A stretch of DNA of 64,000 bases from Prevotella sp. CAG:279 (lineage in GTDB: Bacteria > Actinomycetota > Coriobacteriia > Coriobacteriales > Atopobiaceae). The stretch lies in the NCBI GenBank assembly GCA_963653485.1, contig CAVJWS010000001.1, positions 8,040 through 72,039 on the forward strand. The letters run 5' to 3'. Below, piece after piece: positions 18,861 to 26,728 of the stretch. A model generated the notes under the pieces. The model saw only the letters and a program-made list of their open reading frames with translations. It did not search any database and was not told the DNA's origin. The first letter of the stretch is position 1, and each line of letters starts with the position of its first letter. The position numbers and the translations under genes were made by a program.

Positions 18861-20012
18861 CTACTCACCCAGCCCTTCGCGCCAACGCAGGACGTGGGCG
18901 GCGATGCGCTTGAGCGCAAAGTTCACGGCGACGAAGATGAGGCAGATGATGACGATGGCGGCATACATCTTGCCGTAGAGCGCCCAGGACTTCTGCCAGG
19001 TGATATACCAGCCAAGGCCGCTCTCCACGCCGATCATCTCGGCCACGAGAAGCGCGGTGCACGCCGAGCTCATGGCCTGCGTCATGCCCTGGAAGATGGA
19101 GGGCAGGGCAGACGGGATGGCGACCTTGACCACGAGCTGCGGCGTGCGGGCGCCCAGCGTGCGTGCGGCCTCGTAGAGTGCCGGGTCGATGTTCCTGATG
19201 CCGGTGGCCGTGGCGATGGTCACGCTGAACCACACGCCCAGGGCGATGATGAAGACGGCGCCGGAGAACAGCGATGCCGCAAGCACCATCACCACCGGAA
19301 TCCACGTGGTGGAGGGAATGGCGCCGAGCACCTTGAGGAAGGGGTCGACCCAGTAGGAGACGCGCTTGCTGTAGCCGCAGGCGATACCCGTGAGCAGGCC
19401 GAGAACCACGCCGGTGAAGTAGCCGGTGAAGAGCAGCTTGAGGGAGTTCTGGATGCAGTCGAGCAGATAGTCCGCATCCCCTATCGCGGCGTTGAGGATC
19501 TGGTCCACCCAAGGGAAGTACGGCAGGGGGAGCCGCCCGGTCTTCACCGTCAGCACGTCATAGGCCAGGAAGAGGGCGAAGACGAGCGTGAGGAAGGGCG
19601 CGCGGTAGCGCACGGCCTCAGAGGCGCGCTCGCTCACGAACGTGGCCACAAAGGCCACGAAGGCTCCGGCGGTAAGGGCTCCCATGAAGTAGACGTAGGT
19701 CCAGGTGATGGTGTTGCCGGAGACGTTGGGCACATAGAGGTATTCGAGGATGGCCGCGACGCCCACCAACGTGGGCAGCAAACATACCGCGGCGTCAGCC
19801 AAGCGCTGGGCCGCCGTGCGCTGGCCGCGCTCCATGCGACGTAGCTCGTCGCCGGAGGAAGGAACGTCGCCCTTGTCCTGCTCTGCACAGAGAGGCTCGC
19901 TGCCGGTCATGGGCGATCCGGGATTGTAAGATTCGCTCCGAAAAGCCTCGCCAGCAGACGTTATCGGCGGCCTAGTGCCACCACCAGTTTCCATAGTTGC
20001 TTCTGATGCCAT
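18861..20012 (-). CDS. NitT/TauT-family ABC permease with extra N-terminal TM segments (start could be 19835)
   Basis: EAA loop LYEAARTLGA, PSALPSIFQG, LVAEMIGVESGLGWYI. Confidence 0.88.
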   Translation of the reverse strand: MASEATMETGGGTRPPITSAGEAFRSESYNPGSPMTGSEPLCAEQDKGDVPSSGDELRRMERGQRTAAQRLADAAVCLLPTLVGVAAILEYLYVPNVSGNTITWTYVYFMGALTAGAFVAFVATFVSERASEAVRYRAPFLTLVFALFLAYDVLTVKTGRLPLPYFPWVDQILNAAIGDADYLLDCIQNSLKLLFTGYFTGVVLGLLTGIACGYSKRVSYWVDPFLKVLGAIPSTTWIPVVMVLAASLFSGAVFIIALGVWFSVTIATATGIRNIDPALYEAARTLGARTPQLVVKVAIPSALPSIFQGMTQAMSSACTALLVAEMIGVESGLGWYITWQKSWALYGKMYAAIVIICLIFVAVNFALKRIAAHVLRWREGLGE

Positions 20013-20054
20013 AGTTCCCCCGGCCGTTCGCCTCGCACCATACGCGAGCCAAAC

Positions 20055-20163
20055 AATTAGTTATTATCTCTGACTAATTTTTATCGAACGTTGTAGTTTT
20101 TCGCAAATAGCGGTCTGCGAGCGGTTTTATGCCCTGATTTCGTTGTTGCGAAAATACACAACG
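20055..20163. promoter_or_regulatory. Divergent promoter region with several palindromes
   Basis: AATTAGT-N11-ACTAATT (20055-20079); CGTTGT-N12-ATAGCG (20089-20112); CGTTGT-N11-ACAACG (20141-20163). Confidence 0.5.
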
Positions 20164-20224
20164 GATACGCAGCAACCTCGCAACATCGGCGTCCTACCAT
20201 GGGACCAAATCGAAGGAGGATGCC

Positions 20225-21442
20225 ATGGAGACCGGTTACGAAGATGAAACATGGGAACTCACCAAGGGCCTCGTGCGCATAGACAGCTCAGACCCCGGCG
20301 CCTACGAGGGTGAGGTCGAGGAGTTCATCAAGGCACGGCTCGACGCAAAGATTGCCGAGCTTCCCGACCGTCTCTCAAGTCTTATAAAAGTGGAGGAGCT
20401 TGAGGCGCTCCCCGGCCGCACCGAGCTCATGGCCACCATTCCCGGCAGCAGCGACGAGCCGCGCCTCGTCCTCATCTGCCATATGGACACCGTGCAGCTC
20501 GGCAGCGGCTGGGACGAGGACATCAAGCCTTTGTCTGCGCTCGAGCGCGACGGACGGCTCTACGGTCGAGGCTCCTGCGATATGAAGAGCGGCCTCGCCT
20601 GCGCGCTCACGGCCTTCTCAAGCGCCCTTGAACGCGTGAAGGAGACCGGCGCCCTCCCCCGCCGTGGCTTGAGCGTCATCTGCACGGTGGACGAGGAAGA
20701 CGAGATGCGCGGCGTGGAGGCCGCCGTCAAGGCCGGCTGGGTTGGCGAGCGCGAGTGGGTGCTCGACACCGAACCCACAGACGGCCAGATCCAAGTGGCC
20801 CACAAGGGCCGCACCTGGTTTGAGCTCACCATGCAGGGCGTGACGGCCCACGCGAGCCAACCCTGGCACGGCGCCGACGCCATCGCCGGCATGGCCGAGG
20901 CCATCTCCTCCATTCGAAAGGCCATAGCCGCGCAGCCCGAGCACGCCGAGCTCGGACGCTCCACCGTGACCTTCGGCCAGATTGAGGGCGGCTACAGCCC
21001 CTACGTGGTGCCGGACAGCTGCAAGGTCTGGATAGACATGCGCCTCGTGCCGCCCTGCACCACCGAAATTGCCACCGGCATTGTCGAGCAAGCCATTGCG
21101 ACCGCCGAGGACGAGGTACCCGGCTGCCGCGGGACCTATCGCATCACCGGAGACCGCCCCGCCATCGAGCGAGACCCCGAGTCCGGCCTGCTCGCCGCGC
21201 TCCTGCGGGCAACAAAGGCCGCCGGTAGTAACAAAGCCGAGGTAGGCATATTCACCGGCTACACCGACACCGCCGTCATCGCCGGAAAGTGCCACAACCG
21301 CAACTGCATGAGCTACGGCCCCGGCTCGCTGGCGCAGGCCCACAAACCCAACGAATACGTAGCGCGAGCCGACGTCGACCGCGTCCAAGCCGTCCTCATC
21401 CAGCTCGTCGGCGATGTCTGCTGGGCTGGCGCGAGCAAATAG
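20225..21442 (+). CDS. M20 family metallopeptidase/deacylase (ArgE/DapE-like)
   Basis: CHMDTV, YGRGSCDMKSG, VDEE, TEPT, HKGR, AHAS, AHKPNE; GGAGGA RBS. Confidence 0.92.
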   Translation: METGYEDETWELTKGLVRIDSSDPGAYEGEVEEFIKARLDAKIAELPDRLSSLIKVEELEALPGRTELMATIPGSSDEPRLVLICHMDTVQLGSGWDEDIKPLSALERDGRLYGRGSCDMKSGLACALTAFSSALERVKETGALPRRGLSVICTVDEEDEMRGVEAAVKAGWVGEREWVLDTEPTDGQIQVAHKGRTWFELTMQGVTAHASQPWHGADAIAGMAEAISSIRKAIAAQPEHAELGRSTVTFGQIEGGYSPYVVPDSCKVWIDMRLVPPCTTEIATGIVEQAIATAEDEVPGCRGTYRITGDRPAIERDPESGLLAALLRATKAAGSNKAEVGIFTGYTDTAVIAGKCHNRNCMSYGPGSLAQAHKPNEYVARADVDRVQAVLIQLVGDVCWAGASK

Positions 21443-21534
21443 CCAATCACTAGGCCCCTTGCCGATCTCACGTTGCCAGGCAAAGGGGCATTGAGCCCTG
21501 CTCGGGTAGCTCGCCAGGCCCCTCGCAAGTCTCC

Positions 21535-21682
21535 CGTTGCCAGGCCAAGGGCGTTGCGTCTGGCTCGGGCAGTCCTGCGCTCGCACGGAAGTGACATTAA
21601 GTCACTTCCGGCTCATGCGGAATCTCGCCAGCCACAACACCCTTGGCCTGGCTCTGTTCGCAAACCTTGGTTGCAAAGGCGA
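21535..21682 (+). repeat. ~150-bp structured dispersed repeat, copy 1 (REP/MITE-like)
   Basis: Near-identical reverse complement at 22729-22877; outer stem GCCAGGCCAAGGG/CCCTTGGCCTGGC; inner hairpin CGGAAGTGAC-ATTAA-GTCACTTCCG. Confidence 0.88.
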
Positions 21683-21822
21683 ACCCGCGAGTCTTCTGTT
21701 GTTTAGAGAATGAGTTGAAGGCCCAACTCTTCTTCGGTTGCCCAGGGCTGCCCAGACGTGGTTGGCAACGACCCTCAACCTGCGCATTCTGAGCTTCGCC
21801 AGCATTCTTGGTTGTGCTCCTC

Positions 21823-21863
21823 AAAAGAAAAGGCCGTCCCGCCAAATTCGGACGGGACGGCCT
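21823..21863 (-). terminator. Rho-independent terminator of mtnN
   Basis: AGGCCGTCCCG-N11-CGGGACGGCCT followed on the minus strand by a U-rich tail (TTTCTTTT). Confidence 0.8.
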
Positions 21864-21904
21864 CTCTGGGTTCTTATTGCTTTGTCGGCGCGCTTACGTC
21901 TTGC

Positions 21905-22609
21905 CTAAGCAATCTTGGGAAGCATGGCGTGGACCACGCTGGCGCAGCGGGCTGCGGCGGCCTTTTCGAACTCGGGGTAGGAGACGTTCGCCGAGCCGTC
22001 GGCCTTGTCGGAGATGGCGCGGACCACCACGAAGGGGACGCCGGCCACGTGGCAGACGTGGGCGATGGAAGCGCCTTCCATCTCGCAGCACATGCCGCCG
22101 AACTGGCTGGTGATGCGAGACTTTGCCTCGGTGCCGGCGATGAACTGGTCGCCGGAGCAGACGCGACCCTCGTAAGCATGGACGTCCTCGAATGAGGAAG
22201 CGGCCTCGAGCGCGGCGGCGCGCAGGTTAGCATCAGCATCAAAGGCAACGAGGTGCAGGTCTGCGTGCTCGCCGGGAGCATAGCCAAGCGGGGTCACGTC
22301 CACGTCGTGCTCAAGGGCATCGGTGGAGACCACGATGTCGCCGACCTCGAGGCACTCGCCCAAGGCACCGGCCACGCCGGTGTTGATGACGTGCGTGACG
22401 CCAAAGCGGCAGACGAGTGCCTCGGCGCACATGGCGGCGTGGACCTTGCCGATGCCGCACTTCACCACGACCACGCTCACGCCGTCGAGCGTGCCTTCGC
22501 AGAACTCCATGCCGGAAAGCTCGACGACCTTGGCTCCCTCGACCTTGGACTTCAGCTCGTTAACCTCGGAGTCCATAGCTCCGATAATGCCAACCTTCAC
22601 AGCGCTCAT
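21905..22609 (-). CDS. mtnN: 5'-methylthioadenosine/S-adenosylhomocysteine nucleosidase
   Basis: GIIGAMDSE, CGIGKVHAA, INTGVAG, SGDQFI, EMEGAS, RAISDKAD. Confidence 0.95.
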   Translation of the reverse strand: MSAVKVGIIGAMDSEVNELKSKVEGAKVVELSGMEFCEGTLDGVSVVVVKCGIGKVHAAMCAEALVCRFGVTHVINTGVAGALGECLEVGDIVVSTDALEHDVDVTPLGYAPGEHADLHLVAFDADANLRAAALEAASSFEDVHAYEGRVCSGDQFIAGTEAKSRITSQFGGMCCEMEGASIAHVCHVAGVPFVVVRAISDKADGSANVSYPEFEKAAAARCASVVHAMLPKIA

Positions 22610-22728
22610 GTCAGTCCTTTCTCGCGATGCAAACGCTCCTACTATACCCACCTGGCCAGCTTGAAAATGACAAGCAAGGTTCTTTTGCAAGGGCTGTTCT
22701 AGCCAAATCTAGCCAAAGAGAGACCCCC

Positions 22729-22877
22729 TCGCCTTTGCAACCAAGGGATGCAAACAGAAGACAGGCCAAGGGTGTTGTGGCTGGCGAGATTCCGCATGAG
22801 CCGAAGGTGACTTAATGTCACCTTCGTGCGAGCGCAGGACTGCCCGAGCCGGACGCAACGCCCTTGGCCTGGCAACG
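22729..22877 (-). repeat. ~150-bp structured dispersed repeat, copy 2 (inverted relative to copy 1)
   Basis: Reverse complement of 21535-21682; inner hairpin CGAAGGTGAC-TTAAT-GTCACCTTCG at 22802-22826. Confidence 0.88.
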
Positions 22878-22957
22878 TGAAGCTCGCAACAAGAGGGGTC
22901 GCAAGCCTCAATGGTCCACCCAGTAAGCATGCGCTCGCAGCAACGCCCTCGCCATGG

Positions 22958-22993
22958 AAAAAAGGCGGCGAGCCGGAATGGCCCGCCGCCTTT
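22958..22993 (-). terminator. Rho-independent terminator of the feo operon
   Basis: AAAGGCGGCG...CGCCGCCTTT stem with an A6 run (U-tail on the minus strand) just after the feoB stop. Confidence 0.75.
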
Positions 22994-23018
22994 GAGCAGC
23001 TACGTTATGCAGCGAAGC

Positions 23019-25607
23019 TTACTTCTCGGCCTCGGCGAGGGAACCGAGGATGCGCTCGTCCTTCTCGTCGAACTTGGGCGCCGGACGGAAGAGCATGAAG
23101 AGCATGCCCGCGAGCGCGGCGAAGGCCACGACGGTCCAGACGCCAAAGTTGCCCAGGACGAAAAGCTCCCAGAGCTGGTTGATGATCATGCCAACGACCC
23201 AGCCAAAGCCGCACTGGTAGGCGATGGCGCCCCAGAACCACTTCGGGTCGTCCATCTGGCGACGGATGGTGCCCATGGCAGCGAAGCACGGCGCGTCAAG
23301 CATGTTGAAGGCCACGAAGGCGCACATGGCACCGGCGTGCATGAGGCCGTTGCCGTCGGCGAACATGTTGGCAAAGCCGGTCCACATGTTGAGGGAGTTC
23401 TCAGTGGCGTCGCCCAGGCCAAAGAGGGTGCCGAAGGTGGAGACCAGGTTCTCCTTGGCGATGAGGGCGTTGATGGAGGCGGCGGTGGCCATCCAGTTGT
23501 CGGCGCCGAGCGGGGCGAAGATCCAAGAGACGGCACCGGCGAGGACCTTCAGCAGGGACTTCTCGACGTCACCGTCGGACAGGAAGCCGAAGGAGCCGTT
23601 GTCAAAGCCGAAGTTGGAGAGGAACCACACCACGACGGCGGCGGCGAAGATGATCGTACCGGCCTTCTTGATGTAGGAGCTCACGCGCTCCCAGATGTGC
23701 AGCCACCACGACTTGATGGACGGGAAGTGGTAGGCCGGAAGCTCCATGACGAACGGGGTGGGCTCGCCGGCGAAGGCCTTGGTCTTCTTCAGCATGATGC
23801 CGGAGACGATGATGGCGGCGACGCCGAGGAAGTAGAACATCGGGGCGACCCACCAGGCGTCGGAGCCGCCGATGAGGCAGCCCATGACGAGGGCGATGAT
23901 CGGCTGCTTGGCGCCGCAGGGGATCATGGTGGTGAGCATGGCCGTCATGCGACGGTCCTTCTCGTTCTCGATGGTCTTGGTGGCAAGGACGCCGGGCACG
24001 CCGCAGCCGGAGCTGACGAGCATGGGGATGAAGGACTTGCCGGACAGGCCGAAGCGACGGAAGATGCGGTCCATGACGAAGGCGACACGGCTCATGTAGC
24101 CGCAGTCCTCGAGGAAGCAGAGCAGGACGAACAGCACGAACATCTGCGGGATGAAGCCGAGCACGGAGCCCACGCCGCCGATGATGCCGTCGATGACGAG
24201 CGACTTCACAACGTCAGAGGCGCCGGCCGAATCGAGCCAGCTCTCCACGGCAGTGGGGATGGCCGGGACGAAGCCCTCGTAGTCGGCAGAATCGGGCTCC
24301 TCGCCCTTGCCGGCGACGGCGGCCAGGAAGCCGGCGGCGTCGACGGAGGCGATGGTCTCGTCAGTGTCGTTGCCGTCCTCGTCGGTGATGGCGACGTCGG
24401 TGGCCACGACCTTGGCGCTCTTGGCCTCGGCGGCGAACGCCTCGACGACGGCCTGACTGTCTGCGTCCTCGGGGTCCTCCACGATGGCGTCAACGGCATC
24501 GCTGACCTCGGTGGCGCCGTCGGCGTCAACCACGCCGGCCTCCTCGGCGGCGGCGATGAAGCCGTCGACCTGGTCGCCGTAGTGGTTGTCAGACCAAGCC
24601 TCGGTGGCCTCGTCGTAGGCGGCCTGGCCGGCGGAGCTCACGAAGAAGCCGTCGGAGAAGAGGTTGTCGTTGACCCAGTCCGTGCCGGCGGTGCCGACGG
24701 TGGAGATGGCGATGTAGTACACGAGGAACATCACGACGACGAAGATGGGAAGGCCGAGGATGCGGTTGGTGACGACCTTGTCGATCTTCTCGGAGGTGGT
24801 GAGCTTCTTGGGGGCCTTCACCACGCAGGCGTCCATGACGCGGGCGATCCACTCGTAGCGGTCGGAGGTGATGATGGACTCGGCGTCATCCTCGCGGGCG
24901 TCCTCGACGGCCTTAATGTCGACCTCGAAGGCCTCGAGCTCGGCGTTGGTGAGTCCGAGCGGCTCGATGGCGGCGGCGTCGCGCTCGAAGACCTTGATGG
25001 CGAACCAGCGGTTGAGGCTGGCGTCGCACTTACCGGAGATGCCGGCCTCGATCTTGGAGAGGGCGGCCTCGACCTCGTCGGAGAAGACGTGGGCGGGAGC
25101 GGCGGCCTTGCCGGCCTTGCCGGCGGCCACGGCGGCGTCGACGAGGGCGTCGACGTTGGTCTCGCGCAGGGCGGAGACCTGGACGACCTTGCAGCCGAGC
25201 TCGGCGCCGAGCTTGTCGGTGTCGATCTTGTCGCCGCTCTTCTCGAGCAGGTCGAGCATGTTGAGGCCGAGCACCACGGGCAGGCCGCACTCGAGCACCT
25301 GGGTGGTGAGGTAGAGGTTGCGCTCGAGGTTGGTGGAGTCCACCAGGTCAATCACGGCCGCGGGGCGGTTCTTGATGAGGTAGTCGCGCGAGACGACCTC
25401 CTCGGGCGAATACGGGGAGAGCGAGTAGATGCCGGGGAGGTCGGTGAAGGTGACGGCCTTGTCCTTCCTCCAGTTGGCCTCCTTCTTCTCGACGGTGACG
25501 CCGGGCCAGTTGCCCACGTAGCCGTTCGAGCCCGTGAGGGCGTTGAACAGCGTGGTCTTGCCGCAGTTGGGGTTACCTGCGAGCGCGATGTACATGCGGT
25601 CTTCCAT
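23019..25607 (-). CDS. feoB: Ferrous iron transporter FeoB
   Basis: GNPNCGKTT, VGNWPGVTVEKK, DLPGIYSL, NLERNLYL, LEDCGYMSR, GCGVPG, FVMELPAY, PCFAA. Confidence 0.97.
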   Translation of the reverse strand: MEDRMYIALAGNPNCGKTTLFNALTGSNGYVGNWPGVTVEKKEANWRKDKAVTFTDLPGIYSLSPYSPEEVVSRDYLIKNRPAAVIDLVDSTNLERNLYLTTQVLECGLPVVLGLNMLDLLEKSGDKIDTDKLGAELGCKVVQVSALRETNVDALVDAAVAAGKAGKAAAPAHVFSDEVEAALSKIEAGISGKCDASLNRWFAIKVFERDAAAIEPLGLTNAELEAFEVDIKAVEDAREDDAESIITSDRYEWIARVMDACVVKAPKKLTTSEKIDKVVTNRILGLPIFVVVMFLVYYIAISTVGTAGTDWVNDNLFSDGFFVSSAGQAAYDEATEAWSDNHYGDQVDGFIAAAEEAGVVDADGATEVSDAVDAIVEDPEDADSQAVVEAFAAEAKSAKVVATDVAITDEDGNDTDETIASVDAAGFLAAVAGKGEEPDSADYEGFVPAIPTAVESWLDSAGASDVVKSLVIDGIIGGVGSVLGFIPQMFVLFVLLCFLEDCGYMSRVAFVMDRIFRRFGLSGKSFIPMLVSSGCGVPGVLATKTIENEKDRRMTAMLTTMIPCGAKQPIIALVMGCLIGGSDAWWVAPMFYFLGVAAIIVSGIMLKKTKAFAGEPTPFVMELPAYHFPSIKSWWLHIWERVSSYIKKAGTIIFAAAVVVWFLSNFGFDNGSFGFLSDGDVEKSLLKVLAGAVSWIFAPLGADNWMATAASINALIAKENLVSTFGTLFGLGDATENSLNMWTGFANMFADGNGLMHAGAMCAFVAFNMLDAPCFAAMGTIRRQMDDPKWFWGAIAYQCGFGWVVGMIINQLWELFVLGNFGVWTVVAFAALAGMLFMLFRPAPKFDEKDERILGSLAEAEK

Positions 25608-25741
25608 GATTCCCTTTCTGTGCTTGTTGCTGGGGGCAGGGTCGGCCCCCTGTCCAGATTGGACGCTCGTTTCAAATGGCGCGGTGCTACCGTTGCACCT
25701 CGCCCCTCCGTCGCGACGGAGCGATTTGGCGATGGCGGGCC

Positions 25742-25969
25742 TTACGCTGGCTCAACCTCGACCTTCTCGGCCTCATCCTTACGGATGGAGAGCTCGTAGC
25801 CACGGACGTTGAGCTCCAGCGGGTCGCCGAGCGGGGCCACCTTGACCACCGTGACCTTGGCGCCCTTGGTGATGCCCATGTCCATGATGCGGCGCTTGAC
25901 GGCGCCCGTGCCGGTGAGAGCCTTCACCGTGCAGGAGGAGCCGACGGGGATGTCCCTAAGCGTAGTCAC
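25742..25969 (-). CDS. feoA: FeoA family protein
   Basis: RRIMDMGITKG...APLGDP...GYELSIRKDEA; GTG start after a purine-rich RBS. Confidence 0.92.
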   Translation of the reverse strand: MTTLRDIPVGSSCTVKALTGTGAVKRRIMDMGITKGAKVTVVKVAPLGDPLELNVRGYELSIRKDEAEKVEVEPA

Positions 25970-26076
25970 CTGTACCCTCTCTTCCTCTTCTTGCCGGGTG
26001 AGCCCGGCCTGGTACGACATGCGAACGCCCGGCAAGCCGGGCACAAGAAATGCGGCCATAAGGCCGCACTAATTGA

Positions 26077-26319
26077 CTAGTTGACGTAGACATGCATGCA
26101 GATGGTGTGGTCCACGCCGAGCTGGGCGCCCTTGACGTTGACGATGGTGCCCGAGGCGCCGCTCTGCGTGACGACCTTGACCTCGGCGCCCTCGACGAAG
26201 CCGAGGTTCTCGAGGTGGCGACGCATCTCGGTGTTGCCGCTGACCCTCACGACGCGGACGGTCTCGCCCTCATGGGCCATGGCGAGCGGAAGCTGAGCGC
26301 CGTTGGAGATGCCTGCCAT
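26077..26319 (-). CDS. feoA: FeoA family protein (first copy)
   Basis: LPLAMA...RRHLENLGFVEGAEV; GAGGAG RBS. Confidence 0.88.
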   Translation of the reverse strand: MAGISNGAQLPLAMAHEGETVRVVRVSGNTEMRRHLENLGFVEGAEVKVVTQSGASGTIVNVKGAQLGVDHTICMHVYVN

Positions 26320-26335
26320 AATCGCTCCTCAAAAA

Positions 26336-26375
26336 GAGTTTCCTACGTTTAACTCAAAGTAGTATGTGACTAACT
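26336..26375. promoter_or_regulatory. Candidate metal-repressor (DtxR/MntR-like) operators upstream of feo
   Basis: Adjacent AT-rich palindromes GAGTT-N10-AACTC and AAGTAG-N7-CTAACT directly upstream of the feoA RBS. Confidence 0.45.
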
Positions 26376-26633
26376 CTCTATAGAGTCAACCATGGCAAAC
26401 CATTATTTACAGAGCGACGTATTGCGACGCAAGACGCGACGAGTCGCCGATGGCCGCGGGCTGGATAGGCATGCGATTAGAGAACGTAGGGCATATCCAA
26501 GGCCTCGAACGAAACGGGGAAGGAAACCAGCTACTCCTCCCTTAGGCATGAGCACTCGTCATGTACGTTACGCAAAGGCATAGACGGCTTGAAAATAGAT
26601 GCGTTTCGCACGTCACGGATTCAAGACAAAGAG

Positions 26634-26662
26634 GGGGCCTCCGCACTGAGTGCAGAGGCCCC
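26634..26662 (-). terminator. Probable terminator after the DUF523-PNP gene
   Basis: GGGGCCTC(c)GCACT-G-AGTGC(a)GAGGCCCC hairpin with a short U-rich tail on the minus strand. Confidence 0.55.
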
Positions 26663-26728
26663 TACTGATAGAGACAAGCTGGCAGCTAAAGCAATTCCGG
26701 AGGCGCGAATTGGCGTTCCTGTGCTCCC

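Noticed and set aside
22911..25799. 962-aa plus-strand ORF
   Set aside because: Antisense shadow of feoB caused by high-GC codon bias; no recognisable domain.
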